Of a DNA stretch of 64,000 nucleotides, positions 51,513 through 64,000 are shown one piece after another. The DNA comes from Gnetum montanum (lineage: Eukaryota; Plantae; Gnetophyta), in contig MNCI01000751.1 of assembly GCA_015680685.1 (NCBI GenBank), positions 731,314 to 795,313 of the forward strand. The letters are read 5' to 3'. The position numbers and the translations under genes are program-made. A model generated the notes under the pieces. It had not been told where the DNA came from. It searched no databases and saw only the letters and a program-made list of their open reading frames with translations. Position 1 is the stretch's first letter; every line of letters starts with the position of its first letter.

Positions 51513-51605
51513 CCTATTTATAGGTAAATAAGACGCGATATCACGTACAATACATCGCATACGCGATATCACGTGGGATGCGATATCGTGTACGTGATAT
51601 CTCGT
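51513..51605 (-). promoter_or_regulatory. Internal LTR-U3-like CpG repeat block plus TATA box upstream of the env-like ORF
   Basis: GCGATATCACG/CGCATACGCGATATC units match LTR 48133-48258; minus-strand CCTATAAATAGG at 51513-51524. Confidence 0.65.
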
Positions 51606-53066
51606 CCCCAGTGATGTGGGACACATGGAAAATACCAAATTTTTAATGATTTTCTTGAAATGAATGGTGTAAGATGAGGACATGGGCAAGCATGAAGATA
51701 TCCTAGGGTAATGTGATTAATTTGAGAGGCATGCTTAATGATAATTATGTGAATTTGAGCAATTAAAAATTTGGTAGTTATGAAGAAAAGGGAATGGAAT
51801 GGTACATTGGAACATTTAAATTTTGAGGGTTAATAAAAGCGAAAGAAAATGATGAAAATTTAAGCTGAGGGTAAGAAATTGTGTGTTTGAACTAGAGAAT
51901 TAGTGAAGATTACAAAAAATTACTCAAGTGGATACTCCCCAAAGCAGGTTTCAACCTATTATGCCCTTGTGTAACCACACTTAAAGTGTTCATGGGTACT
52001 AGAAGGGTTAAATGTAATCCACACTAACTCCACAAAACACACACATGTAAATATCACCAAAATGAGGTGAAAATTCTATGCTACATGGAACACGAGCTAC
52101 AATTACACGAACAGTGAGATGAGACGAAGTGTAGAAAGGGATCGTAGAGATCGGGACATGAGGTAACTGACCCAGGACACAGTGAATCCTGCATAAAAAG
52201 CATGATTAAGGTGTCATTAACCCATCGTTCCAAGATCAAGACCAAGTCCATCCTTCTAATCAGTGACATCGCATTGCTTCATCCCATGGTGAACAACTAT
52301 GAAAGTACCATAACAACAAGGTGTACAATCACTTGGTGTTTAGTACAAGGGAAGAGTGATTTTTGTTTTATGGAACTTCTTTTTCTTTTCTTCTTCTCTT
52401 TTTTTTCACTTTACTGAATCCAGAGAAGCCGCCAACCTTTAGGCATGGATGCATGTCTTTCCAGTGGGACCCCCTAGAATATCTTTTGATTTTTGAGTGC
52501 CCTTTTGATTACTCTTACTCCCATTTTTCGTTAGATCTACAAGGATCTTAGTACAACCATATTGCATGATAACTCCCACAGGCGTCACCAAAGAGAATCC
52601 GCAAGTCCCCTTAATGTCACACCCTAATCATTCCCTCTTGGTCCATCCTTCTTCATTCTGGGTACAATGAACACAAAATTAATTTTAAGTTTTAGAAATT
52701 TCAAGAATNNNNNNNNNNNNNNNNNNNNNNNNNNNNNNNNNNNNNNNNNNNNNNNNNNNNNNNNNNNNNNNNNNNNNNNNNNNNNNNNNNNNNNNNNNNN
52801 NNNNNNNNNNNNNNNNNNNNNNNNNNNNNNNNNNNNNNNNNNNNNNNNNNNNNNNNNNNNNNNNNNNNNNNNNNNNNNNNNNNNNNNNNNNNNNNNNNNN
52901 NNNNNNNNNNNNNNNNNNNNNNNNNNNNNNNNNNNNNNNNNNNNNNNNNNNNNNNNNNNNNNNNNNNNNNNNNNNNNNNNNNNNNNNNNNNNNNNNNNNN
53001 NNNNNNNNNNNNNNNNNNNNNNNNNNNNNNNNNNNNNNNNNNNNNNNNNNNNNNNNNNNNNNNNNN

Positions 53067-54654
53067 GTTTAAATAAAGGACACTTTTGATGTTGAGGAGG
53101 CTCTTCACTACTGTTAGTAGTAGTAGCACAAGTGTTTTTTGTGGGTTGCGGTGGTACAAACACCTTAGTAACATTTGGTGGCATTGTGGAAGGAGGGAAA
53201 GGATGAGAATGTTGAAAGTTAGGAGGAATATAAGGTGCATAAGGTGATGGTTGTGTTGGAGGTATGGGCTGATAGTATTTTGGAAAATGGTATTGTGATG
53301 AGATAGAGTATGTTGGCCCAATTAAAGAAACAAGGTGTTGAACGTGATAAGCGTTTAGATTCAGAAAATATGAAGGGTGCCTCTAGTCTAAGGGTGGATT
53401 CCCCCACAACTGGAATTGTTGCCACTGTGATCAAACATAGTATCTCCATACGAACTCTGGATGTAATGTATTTCCCCAATGCTGATGTAGATGTAACAAG
53501 ATTGGGCATTGGCCTTTGGGGTGATTGTACAGGCATATGTTGCATTCGTACGTAGGATTGGCAGTTGAGCACTTATTCCCTTCGTTCTTTCTTTCCAAAT
53601 GTCTAATGTTTTGTCCTGCTTCTTGGGTTGTCAAAACTCTATCTCCAATGATGTTGATATATTCTCCACACATTTGATTCATCCATTTCAACATCTTATT
53701 GATCTTTGCCTCAGCTTCTTCTAATGATTGTTGTATTGGCAAAGATGATGTTTCCACCTTGATATTTGTTGATCTCTCCTTGTTATGATTAGGGACCTTT
53801 GTTAAGTTAATATGTGGGTCCCGTTGATGTTTTTCAACACTCTCCCATCTAGCTAATTCTCCTTCTTCTTTTGCTACCCTTTCAATAAGCTCTTGAATTT
53901 TATGGGTTCGTAGGTTGTATAGTTGACCTTGGGCATATGTTCCTAAGGTCTCTCTTATTTCATTACGTAGCCCATTGATAATATGGTACAGTAGCCTTTC
54001 CTTGGAAAACCCATGGCCTGGAAAATTGTTTAACAGTGCATAATATCTTTCTAGGGCCATGTCCAAGGGTTCATGTTGTGCTTGTTTCCATCCTTGGATT
54101 TGTTTCCTCAAGGCTGACACTCTTGGGTAGGTTTGATATTTTTTGTTAAAGACCTCTACCATTGTTGACCAGTGTTGTATTGAATTTGGTTTTAACGATC
54201 TATACCATACTTTAGCTTGGTCAACGAGTGTCATGGGAAAGAGCTTAAGTTTTTACCAACTGTTATCAATGTTATTCCATGTGCAAGCATCGTAGAAGGC
54301 TAGTAAATTTTGATGCGGATCTAAGTCATAGCCTCCTAAAAATTTTAAAAATTTATTTAAATCAAGCCTGGGTAGACGGCTCTCTTTACGATGCCTATGT
54401 GAGATTCGAATGGCCTCTTGTATTTGTGTTAGGCTTATAGTGGCCAGTGGGGGTTCATCATCATCGAGTAAGTTAGGCTTTTGTGAGTTGCAATGACGTT
54501 GTTTTTGTTCATGCTTATAGGAAACTCCCACTTCAGGTTGCATACTCCAATATTTATTGTCATATAGCTCATTAGTTCTCAATGAACTTCCTCACTAAGT
54601 GTGGCATTATTATCATCTTATAGGAGAGGCATTGTTGTGTGTGAATTTAGGCAT
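53067..54654 (-). pseudogene. gag: E4 gag (retrotrans_gag domain)
   Basis: DPHQNLLAFYDAC...FPMTLVDQAKVWYRSLKPNSIQHWSTMVEVFNKKY...WKQAQHEPL; CNICLYNHPKGQCP knuckle. Confidence 0.9.
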
Positions 54655-54750
54655 GACTTTTAATAATTATTTCTTCTTCCTAAGAGATATATCGTTAAGT
54701 TATTTATAGTGACCTTGTATGATATAACTAATCTAGATAACTAGCACCAT

Positions 54751-54768
54751 TCCCCAGCAACGACGCCA
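54751..54768 (-). promoter_or_regulatory. E4 PBS, tRNA-Asp type (Athila hallmark)
   Basis: Minus strand TGGCGTCGTTGCTGGGGA versus consensus TGGCGCCGTTGCCGGGGA. Confidence 0.9.
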
Positions 54769-54769
54769 A

Positions 54770-55227
54770 TGGTGAGTGGCGAGGTACCCCTACACTCAAC
54801 CATACGAAACGAGCATTGCATGCACGATCCGGTCGAACTCTGCAGATGGACTAGTTGTGGCACCTAGACAGTTATCCTTAGGTCACAGTTCGTTGTCTTC
54901 CCACCTAGACTAGAATTGAATTTGTCACATATGGTTTAGTCTAGATGAGGTGTATGATGTGTTCCTAATTCTATGCTACTCCTGAAGGCAGTGGAAAATA
55001 ATATTAACTAAGCTAAGCTAGGAGGAAAAGGGTAAGAAAATCTAATCTAGCCTAAGTGCGATGAGAAATCAATTCCTTGATCAACCATACACATCTTGGA
55101 CTTCATGCACGACTACCACTGGGACTACCAAGCATAGATCCTAGGTACGCCACTGGGATTACCAAGCACAGATCCCAAATATTCCATTGGGTTACCAAGC
55201 ATAGATCCTAGCTACACCACTGGGCTA
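54770..55227 (-). repeat. E4 5' LTR, outer half missing
   Basis: Matches 47323-~47780 and then breaks after TGGGCTA. Confidence 0.9.
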
Positions 55228-55247
55228 GGATCATTAAGAAAGAGAAG

Positions 55248-58200
55248 TGATGAATCTGATAGGTTACATCGACAAGCATGCGTTGATGCAACCATGTTGA
55301 CATAGCCCTTTTGACGTAGCCCCATCGATGGATGGTTAGATTCGTTAATGTAGATGCATCAATGCAATGTCTAGTCTTACTTCTATAAATGTGCATACCC
55401 ACTACATTTATGGCATGTGAAGTTGATAGTGTAGGTAAACTCTTGTAGTTTCATTCCATCAAAGTTAGAATATTTTTTGAGTGCTTGTAGTAGGGCTTCA
55501 AGGATTGTACAGATCCTTATTCAAACATCATCTACTTGAACACTTTGATGTGCCAACAATAAAGATGAGATTCTTGAAATTCCTTGCAACACTTAAGAAT
55601 AGTTTAATGTTTCTATTCATGCACTTTATTACTTATAAATTTTATATTTATGTCCTTAGTTAATTAATACATTTAATAATAACACATAACTACAACCACC
55701 TTTAACATATCATTAATGTTTGGTAATCCTAATGGTGTTATCACTGGTTCACCTAATACTTGGTAACCCATTAGCATTTATAACAAGTTTAGGATGTGCA
55801 TATAAGCTAGACCTAGATACTTATGTTAGGATAATTAGATTAAAGAATTAGATAGTTAATTAGTTAATTTACAATTAATTACCTTTTTTATGATTAGATT
55901 AAATTAAATTAAATAAAAATTAAAAATTAAAATCATGTCCTTTGACTTATACTTAACCATACACTTGAACTTATACAAGTAAAGCCAAGAAGACAACGAT
56001 CATGTCTCTAAGTTAATATCTTTGCCCATTGGTGCATTTAAGGACTAACTCCACAAACTTTGATTGGATCACTAGTGCAATTCTTGTGATTTGTATGGTT
56101 GGGTGCAAGGACTACTTATTGCTCATCATTAGCATCATTTCTAGGGATTTAGTCTAGCTAAGTACACTACATAGAAAAAATAGTGAAACCATCTAACATT
56201 GTAAAAGATAATTAACAACAAATCATTAAGATACATGATAATAAAAAATGCATACTATTTTTGAACAATCACTAATATGCCTTCTTCTCATAGGAAAGAT
56301 TCTTCACTGTATTCACAAGTGAATTCAATTAAAGGAAAGAGAGCCAAAAATGAAAGTGCGACAACAATTCTAGGTTTTCTACATCCATCCAAATCCTCAC
56401 ACTTTGGACTTCACCTTCATCTTACATTAGGATGATTAGATGCAATGGAGAATAAAATTATGCTACCTCTTGACTGATCTATTCCCACGATGCTTTTAAA
56501 CAAGCTTATCAAGTTTGGCATCACTTGACTTAATGCTAATTACAAGGTTCAAGAACACCTCTATTAGGATTATCATTTCATAGAGGTCCGATGAAAGAAA
56601 GATCAATAAATGAAAGATTGATATGAGGCTTCAAATGGTAAAAGGTTTCCTAACCACTTGTTCCTACAAATACATAAAGAAGGTGAGGATCTCTTTTCAG
56701 GTACCTCTCAATACACATATTCTCCTTCTCTCTTCAATGGGGAGACCCTTAACCAATAGTTGTAGTCAACTATGGACAACCTTGGTGATAGAAAGAGTGG
56801 ATCTCAAGGCAAGGAACCTTAAAATATGGTAACCTTAGCCATTCATGAAGAGGCAAGGACAATGAGAATCACCAAGAGAGAGATAAACATGGTAATCAAG
56901 GTATGAAGTGAAGAAGAGAAGGTAGTAGGCATCGTTCTAATGTTGATTCTCATTTTTCTTTGCCTTCACCATCATCCTCATTATCTTCCTTCTCCAACCA
57001 CTATAGGAGAAGTAGAGGTTGATATCATGAAAAAAGAAACAAAAATCATGATGAAGACAGTCATAGATCTTGTTGGAATAACAAGGTCCAATGGCCTAAG
57101 CAATAGCAAGGAGATGAACATGATTGAGAACAAAGACACAATAGGACTCATCGTAAGCATCATGACCATGAAAAGGGCCATATAGATCACTATGACTACA
57201 ATGATCCTCTTTTAGCCACAAGATATATGTTGAATATTTCAAACACTATTAGAATTTCCACTAGGTACTTGAAGGATAGTTGCATTAAATGGATGGATAT
57301 GAACAAGATCCCTAACTTTGAGGGTCAATATAATTCAGATCCACAAACTCATTTACAAGCCTTCCATCATTCCTATTCCTTGAAAAAGGTTGAGAATAAA
57401 TGAAAAAGTCTTAAATTACTCTCAAGGACACTCATAAAGGAAGCAGAAATCTAGTACTAATCCTTGGAACTAGTATCTATTCAGTGATGAAGTATGATGC
57501 TAGAGCTATTCGATGAAAAATACTAAATGTACTCTAGAGTGTTCAATTTGAGGAGACAAATCCAAGAATGAAAACAAGGCATTCATGAATCCTTGAATGT
57601 AGCCATGGGTAGCACTACTCTTTTTTGCACCAATGCCTAGGCCATGGATACTCCCAATAGGATCAATTGTGCCATATCACAGAAGGGCTTAGAACTAAAA
57701 AAAAGGAAGAACCCCTAGGGTCTATACCTAAGGAACTCTTTCTAAGCTAAGAGTTCATCATATTTAAAGGATCATTGAGCAAGTGGCCAAAGAAGAAGAA
57801 GAATTGAAAAAAATGAGAAAGCATAGAAGAATATAATAGAGACCCCTCCATCCATAAGAGGGAGGTCTACTTTTATGAGAATGAGGAGGAGGCATAGCTT
57901 GATGAAGTGGTGCAATGGAAAACCTTGTCATTCCAAAAATCTATTACTAAAATATTAGTTGAAGTTGATAAGATGTAGGACTCATTGGATGAGAACTATC
58001 AAACTTATCTAAAGATTGCATAGGAATGTAGAGATCAATGAGGTAGTGCCCATGAATGAAGGAAGAAGGAATCTAAACAAAAATATTGTAAAGATAAGAA
58101 CAAAGCTATAGTGATAGAGGAGGTTTTAGATTTAGAGTCTAATAATGATGTGTATGACATCTATAAATATGAATATCCCAAGAGATGTTGCCTTGTATTA

Positions 58201-60305
58201 TCATACTTACAAGAATCTAGGATGTATGCTTTAAATCCTAGATGTACAAAATGACAAGTGCCCAGGAGGTTACCCTATCCACAAAGAAACTGTTGGCAAA
58301 AATTCCATCATCAAGCTTACTATCTAAGTGGACCACCACCTCAACCTCAAGAACAATACCAATAGTTGCAACACCCACAACCATGATGGATACCACCTCC
58401 AAGGTAGTAGTACCCTTATCACCAACCTAATCCTTATGGGTACTATGTTCAGTAGCCAACCTTTCCACGTGACTCTTCTAGTCATGCTTCCTTTCCACAT
58501 AACTACTACTCTTTGGAGTACTATGGAGCACCTTCTCTAATAGAAAATTCTACATTTCCTTTCTATCCTTCTCAACATCTATCCACTCCTACACCACCAT
58601 CATTAACTCCTCTACAATGTTCTCCATCCATGTAGGGTGAAATACCTACCTAGCCACAACAAAGAAATGCTACAAGTGTAGTAAACTGTCAACTGAGTTC
58701 TTAGTCAAGTGGTTCTAAATCCAAGAGGTCATTTTCTAAAACCAACAATTCCACAATGTCCTCACAAACACCTATGGCTATTAATCCTTCTACTTGAACC
58801 TCTAAAAGTTTTATCGAGAAGCCTTCAAACCAAAGTACTTCCTAATTACATACTATCATGTTGATCCATGTTGTCATAGATTGTTTTAAGATTGACCATC
58901 TTCCCAAGAACATATTTGATCTTAGGAGTCATCTTATTTACTTGAAAATCACTAGAAATAAACCATATAAGGCTCTTTTAGATTTAGGTTCTAGAGTTAA
59001 CTTAATTTCTTAAGATATGTAAAATTCCTAGAACCCACCTCCCTTGAAAAAGAGCAACATCAAACTAGAGTTGGCAAACTAATCCATCACTATTGCTTTG
59101 GGATTGGTGAAAGACATTATGACCACCATTTGTGGATAGTCTAATCCTATTTATTTCCTGGTGATCCATGTGAATAATTTTAAAGGGGACTTTCCTATTA
59201 TCATGAGAAGAGAAAGGATGAGTGACATCAATGCAAGGTTTGGAATTTGAGACCTTTTCTTTGAGATTTCCAAGTAAAATGAATTTAGAAAGATTGAGAA
59301 GAAGAGAGTTTAATACATCACATATAGTGACATAGGGTGCCATTGTGTGCAAAGGCCATGATCATTAATTATACATAACTTCAAATATGCAATTAGTGTG
59401 TAGAGATAATAGAAATTTAGGGGTGCTTGTACACAATAGCCATTAAATACAAAGGTACCTAGTGGCTGATAATAGATAATGAGGCTAGATTAACAATATG
59501 CATGGAACCAATTGAGATCCTCACTAGCACATATGTGGAAAGCATGGATAAGTTAGAGTAGCTCCATCGTCAACTCTCTAATGTGCAAAGTGAAATTAAC
59601 TAGGGAGAGTTGGAGATCCCTAAAAATTTTAGGTAAGAGCTCCATGAGTTAAAGGCTTTACCAGTAGAAATGGAATATGAATTTCTAAATAATGGCAAGT
59701 TGGTAATTATCAATGCCTCACTTGCTCCAACACAAAAGAAGAAATTGTTGAAAGTTGTGAACAAATGACTAGTAGCTTTCACCTAGTCATATCATGAGCT
59801 AACCAGAATTAATCCTAGGATATGCTAACATAAAATCTATATAGACTCCTCTATCAAACAAAAGAGATATCTACAAAGATTATTTAACCTGAAACTCAAG
59901 AAAATCATCAAGGAAAAAACTAAACAACTCCACAAGGCTAGGTTCATTTACCCAATTATGGATAGTGAGTGGGTTAGCCCACTTGTTATTCTACCCAAAA
60001 AAGAAGAAAAGTGGTAGAGTCTCTATAGACTTTTAGCTATTTAATATGATAACTTACAAAGATAATTTTTCAATGTCATTTGTGAACCAAGTTCTAGATA
60101 CCATTGTAGGGCATTGTTACTATAGCTTTTTGGATGGTTATAGTGGCTATATCCAAATCAAGATTGCATTAGAGAGCCTAGCTCAAAAAACATTCACAAG
60201 TTTCTAGGGAACTTTTGCATACAGAAAGATTCACTTTAGCCTATGCAATGCTCTAGCCACATTTTAACATTTGGTCCTAAGCATTTCCCAATAATAGATT
60301 AGTAG
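55248..60305 (+). mobile_element. E6: old Athila-type element, 5' LTR-PBS-gag-PR-RT (truncated)
   Basis: LTR 55248-56128 (TGATG...CTCATCA); deaminated Asp PBS TAGCATCATTTCTAGGGA at 56130-56147. Gag DPQTHLQAF (~57340); protease ALLDLGSRVN (~58970-59000); RT FIYPIMDSEWVSP and FLDGYSGYIQI, cut before YxDD. Confidence 0.85.
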
Positions 60306-60975
60306 TGTTAAACCAAATTACTTTAGTTTTAATATTACAAGTTACCATTTTAAAAATATTTTTATTTATCAAAGATAATAAATTTTGGTAGTTTAAATAA
60401 ATAAGTACAACTCTCTGTTTAAGCTTTTGTATCATAGGAAATCATGGTAGTGATGAAGATCGATATCGATTATATTAATTCACACATAGGCAATGATATA
60501 GATCGATAGCATGAGTTTTAGCAGAGAAAGACTTGAAAAGAATTCAAGATATCAATTTGCATAAAAATAAAAAATGTGTACCAATGATCAAGGATGATAG
60601 AATCAATAATTCACTTTGATGAAGATTTAAATCAATTGATATTGAATTCCTTAATATCAATCAATTATCCAAATGATTAATTTTGTACGTCATTCATAGT
60701 ATAAATAAGGATCACAACTTTGTGCTTAAGACAAATGAGAAGGACTCAAGAGAGAACCCACACAAATTGAATCCTCTTTTGTATTGAAACTTTTAAGGAA
60801 GATTATTGATGGTTTGTGCAATTAACAACCATTAATGTATGAAGGCTATGAAGTTGTTGCATTGTGAAGACAACAAAGTAGGTTCATAGATTAGGTGACA
60901 TCTACTTTGTAATCTTTTGTATTTATGATAAATTGATATAACTTCAATTTAGTTTAATTAGCTATGTTCATCTTT
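60306..60975 (+). mobile_element. LTR-like insertion fragment interrupting E6 RT
   Basis: Begins TGTT at the RT breakpoint; ATCGAT repeats; TATAAATA near 60700. No partner LTR or TSD found. Confidence 0.35.
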
Positions 60976-63900
60976 GAAAAACCAACAATTTTGCATGTTG
61001 TAATCTTTGTAACCCCATCCCATGAAATCCAAGGTAAAACTTTATTGTTAATATGAAAGTTGTAACCCATGAGGAGTAATATCACATATTTCATACTTTT
61101 GGGGCTGAAAAATGCCTCATTACAAGTCAAAGCCTCATTTCCCAAGTGAAAAGAGTCACCTAGTATCTATATTTAGGCTTGGGGAAATCAAAAATTCCTT
61201 TTGGAATGCCAAGAATGAAAATTTGATGGGTTTTATGGGGATTATACACTTTTCTACGCTGACACACCCCTGTAGCAAGGTAAGCCAGGTAGGAGACATC
61301 AAATCTATCATGAAGTGAAGGGGATGGATCTCACCTACCCCTAGTGTGGAAAGGAAGGTAACTTAGCCTACAGGGATTGACCTTCAACCCTCGCATTAAT
61401 CTCTCATCTTCCTTAGTGTTGATACTCTTTCCCTAGCATGGAGGGGTCAACCAACTAGGATGCATGGGGGTGGATCTCACCTACCTTCCTTGAATGTGGC
61501 AGTAATTTTCAGCAATTTGGCAACCAATTTGTAGCCAATTTGCTAGCTTTTTGAAGACAATTTTTTAGCTATTTGAAGCCAATTTGCAATCCAACTCATG
61601 GCCAAACCCTATAAAAACCAAACCTTGATACCATTTCAAGGTTCCACACCTTTGCAATTCCACACCCTTGGCATTTTTCATACTTTGAACATTTTGCATT
61701 TTGGCATTCAAGAGCTCTTGCTTTGTTGTAAAAACATAGCTTCTTGGAGCCTAACAGCATGGAACCATTGTAACCTAGTTACCCCCTTGGGATTTTTGAG
61801 CCTGAAGTATCAATGTTACCCCTCCTAGGATCCCCAAATATTAGTGTGAAGCATCTTGATAGCCTTCATCCTACACATTTCTCAACCTCAGTAGTCATCC
61901 AAGTTGTATATTTTAAGTAATAACAAAGAAGGTTTGAAAACATCAACAAACTTGGAACCCTTGCCCAAGTGAACCCTCTTTTGCTCTCCCACAAGCACTT
62001 TTGTGCATACTTGCAAACTCATTCTTTATGCAATTAATAAAGGTCCTAGTTTATTTTATGTGCAATTTTTATTCATTTTGGGTTTCAGATATGCAAATTT
62101 TTTACATTTTGTACCTCCATTTTCCATCCCCCTAAGTCCCTGGGTGATCTACTAAACCATCCAAGGGACCATGAATCCCATTTTTTACTCGAAGGTCCTA
62201 GAGATTTGCAATTGAGGTTGTGTGTGGTTGAGAATCTTCAATTTTCTAGCACCCAAAATTTTCCATTGCAATAGTTTCTTGGCACTAGAGGGCCTCTACC
62301 TAATTTCTATGACCAGATCTATTTCTCTTACTACCAACATTGCCTATCCTTTGAAATTTTTTTATTTTTAAAGTAAAAACCTTGAAATCCCCTTGAAAAT
62401 CTAATGCTACCCTCATCCCCTTATGACAAAAACTTCAATGTGAAAGTTACAGGTGGTTGGGTGTTGAGTTTTCCTAGCATCTATTATGAATTTTGAAATC
62501 AAATCCAACATTAAACACCCACGTGCAAACGTTTCACCTCTTAGTGTCATTCCAACAATAAAACCAGCATTGATTTGATACCATCCAAAAATACTTTTCT
62601 CTCTTCCTTGTTGAGGAATTTGGAAACTTTCCAAAACCATTTTAAGAAAGTTTTAGATTTCTATTTTGATAATCCAACTTTTCCATTGTTCACCAACATT
62701 GGTTTTAGAAGGTGTAAGATCCCCCCATCTCACCCCCTCTTTCCCCCCTACCACACATAGGGATGTGATAGCTAAGAGGCTAGAACACCACAAAATTTGC
62801 ATTTGGTAACCTTTGCATCATGCAACTCAAGGTAAAACTTCATTGTAAATGTAAAGGTTGTAACCCATGAATAAAAATCTCACATATTTCATATTTTTGA
62901 AGTTGAAAAATGCCTTATAAGTAGCCAAAGCCTCATTCCCCAAGTGAAAAGAGCCACCAAGTATCTATATTTGGGCTTGGGGGATCAAACATGCCTATTG
63001 GAATGTCAAAAATGGCAATTTGATGAGTTTTATGGGGGTATATACTTTTCTATGGTGACACCCCCCTTATAGGAAGTATGCAAGCTAGGAGAATTTTAAA
63101 CCATCATGGAGGAATGCAGGGGGTGGATCTCACCTACCCCTAGCATGGAAGGCTTATCCCTAGCATGGAGGGATCAAAGAAGGTGGAGGCTTCAGCTAGC
63201 TAGGATGCATGGTAGCGGATCCCACCTACNNNNNNNNNNNNNNNNNNNNNNNNNNNGAATTTGAAGCAATTTGGTAGCCAATTTGTAGCCAAACTATAAG
63301 CCATTTATAGCCCAAATCATAGGTAACACCTTATAAAAATCAAACATTTGCACCATTTCAAGATCCCACACTTTTTTAATTCAACATCTTTGTCATTTTG
63401 GCATCCAAGAGCTCTTTCTTCTTGACAAAAATGCAACTCCTTAGAGACTGACAACATGGAACCTCTACAACCTATTACCCCCCATTACCTCCCTTGGGTT
63501 TTTTAGGCTTGGGTGTAAACATTAACCTCTTGGGATCCTCAAATCCTAGTGTGGAGTAATTTGGCTACTCCAATCCTTTACATTTCTCAAACCCAATAAT
63601 AACAAACATTGCAGATCTAGAGTGGTGAGAAAGAAGGTTTAATAGCATTAAAAGTGGTAAAGATACTAAATCATGGAGTTGATCATGGCATCAACAAGCT
63701 CTGAACCCCTTTCCAAGTCAACCCCCTTCTTAGGCACCAATTTTGTACACATCTTTGAACTCATTCTTTATTTATTTAATGAAGTTTATGGTTTCATTTT
63801 GTGTATAATTTCAAATATAATTGTGATATTTCCATTGCATTATTTTATATATCTACATCATTTTACGTTGTTGCCCCCATTTTGCAACCCCACAACCAAC

Positions 63901-64000
63901 CAAACACACCCACCCCACCCACTCCCCCCCCCCCCCCCCCCCCACCCCTNCTACTAGACCATCTAGGGTATCCTAAATTTCATTTTCCTACGAAGGCCTT
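60976..64000. repeat. ~1.8-kb direct tandem repeat (one full copy plus a partial second copy from ~62783)
   Basis: For example CCCAAGTGAAAAGAG.CACC.AGTATCTATATTT at ~61141 and ~62939; GGTGGATCTCACCTACC subrepeats in both copies. Confidence 0.85.

Larger units (their letters stand above)
47323..55227 (-). mobile_element. E4: youngest Athila-type element, gag + env-like ORF, no pol seen; 5' LTR truncated
   Basis: 3' LTR 47323-48262; near-identical partial 5' LTR 54770-55227; PBS 54751-54768; PPT 48263-48272; many CpGs retained. Contains N gaps at 50475-50767 and 52709-53066. Confidence 0.88.

Noticed and set aside
50377-53321. Long ORFs containing X runs
   Set aside because: Their length is an artefact of N gaps (50475-50767, 52709-53066); only the flanks belong to the env-like and gag ORFs.
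60306-60987. Solo copia LTR TGTT...AACA
   Set aside because: The flanks AGTAG and ATTTT do not form a TSD and no PBS follows; kept only as a low-confidence fragment.

Overview
Eukaryotic (land-plant-type) heterochromatic DNA made almost entirely of nested, decayed Ty3/gypsy LTR retrotransposons. No intact host gene, rRNA, tRNA or CRISPR array is visible. Left half: a large minus-strand Tat/Ogre-type element (E3, <1-33600; tRNA-Asn-type PBS; RT-RH-additional RNase H-INT). It hosts two full-length but pol-less relatives: E1 (74-9432, perfect CTCAC TSD) and E2 (11231-21412, inserted in E3's integrase zinc finger). Right half: several Athila-type elements (tRNA-Asp PBS, TGATGAG...CTCATCA LTR ends). 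Two of them appear to be gag + env-like only (E4, E7). There is also a plus-strand Tat pol remnant (E8), a plus-strand Athila gag-pol remnant (E6) and a ~1.8 kb direct repeat. The most striking item is a decayed, multi-exon ANTISENSE gene with its own TATA promoter (~24470-29124) inside E3's gag/PR-RT spacer. Its conceptual product fuses an FCP1/SCP (NIF, HAD-fold) phosphatase-like domain lacking the catalytic aspartates to a gypsy accessory ('putative plant transposon protein'/Athila-ORF-like) domain and a coiled coil. The same family carries arrays of a conserved ~20-nt motif in gag and in two putative introns. Nearly all damage is C>T/G>A at CG/CHG sites. All domain calls are by eye; no searches were run.
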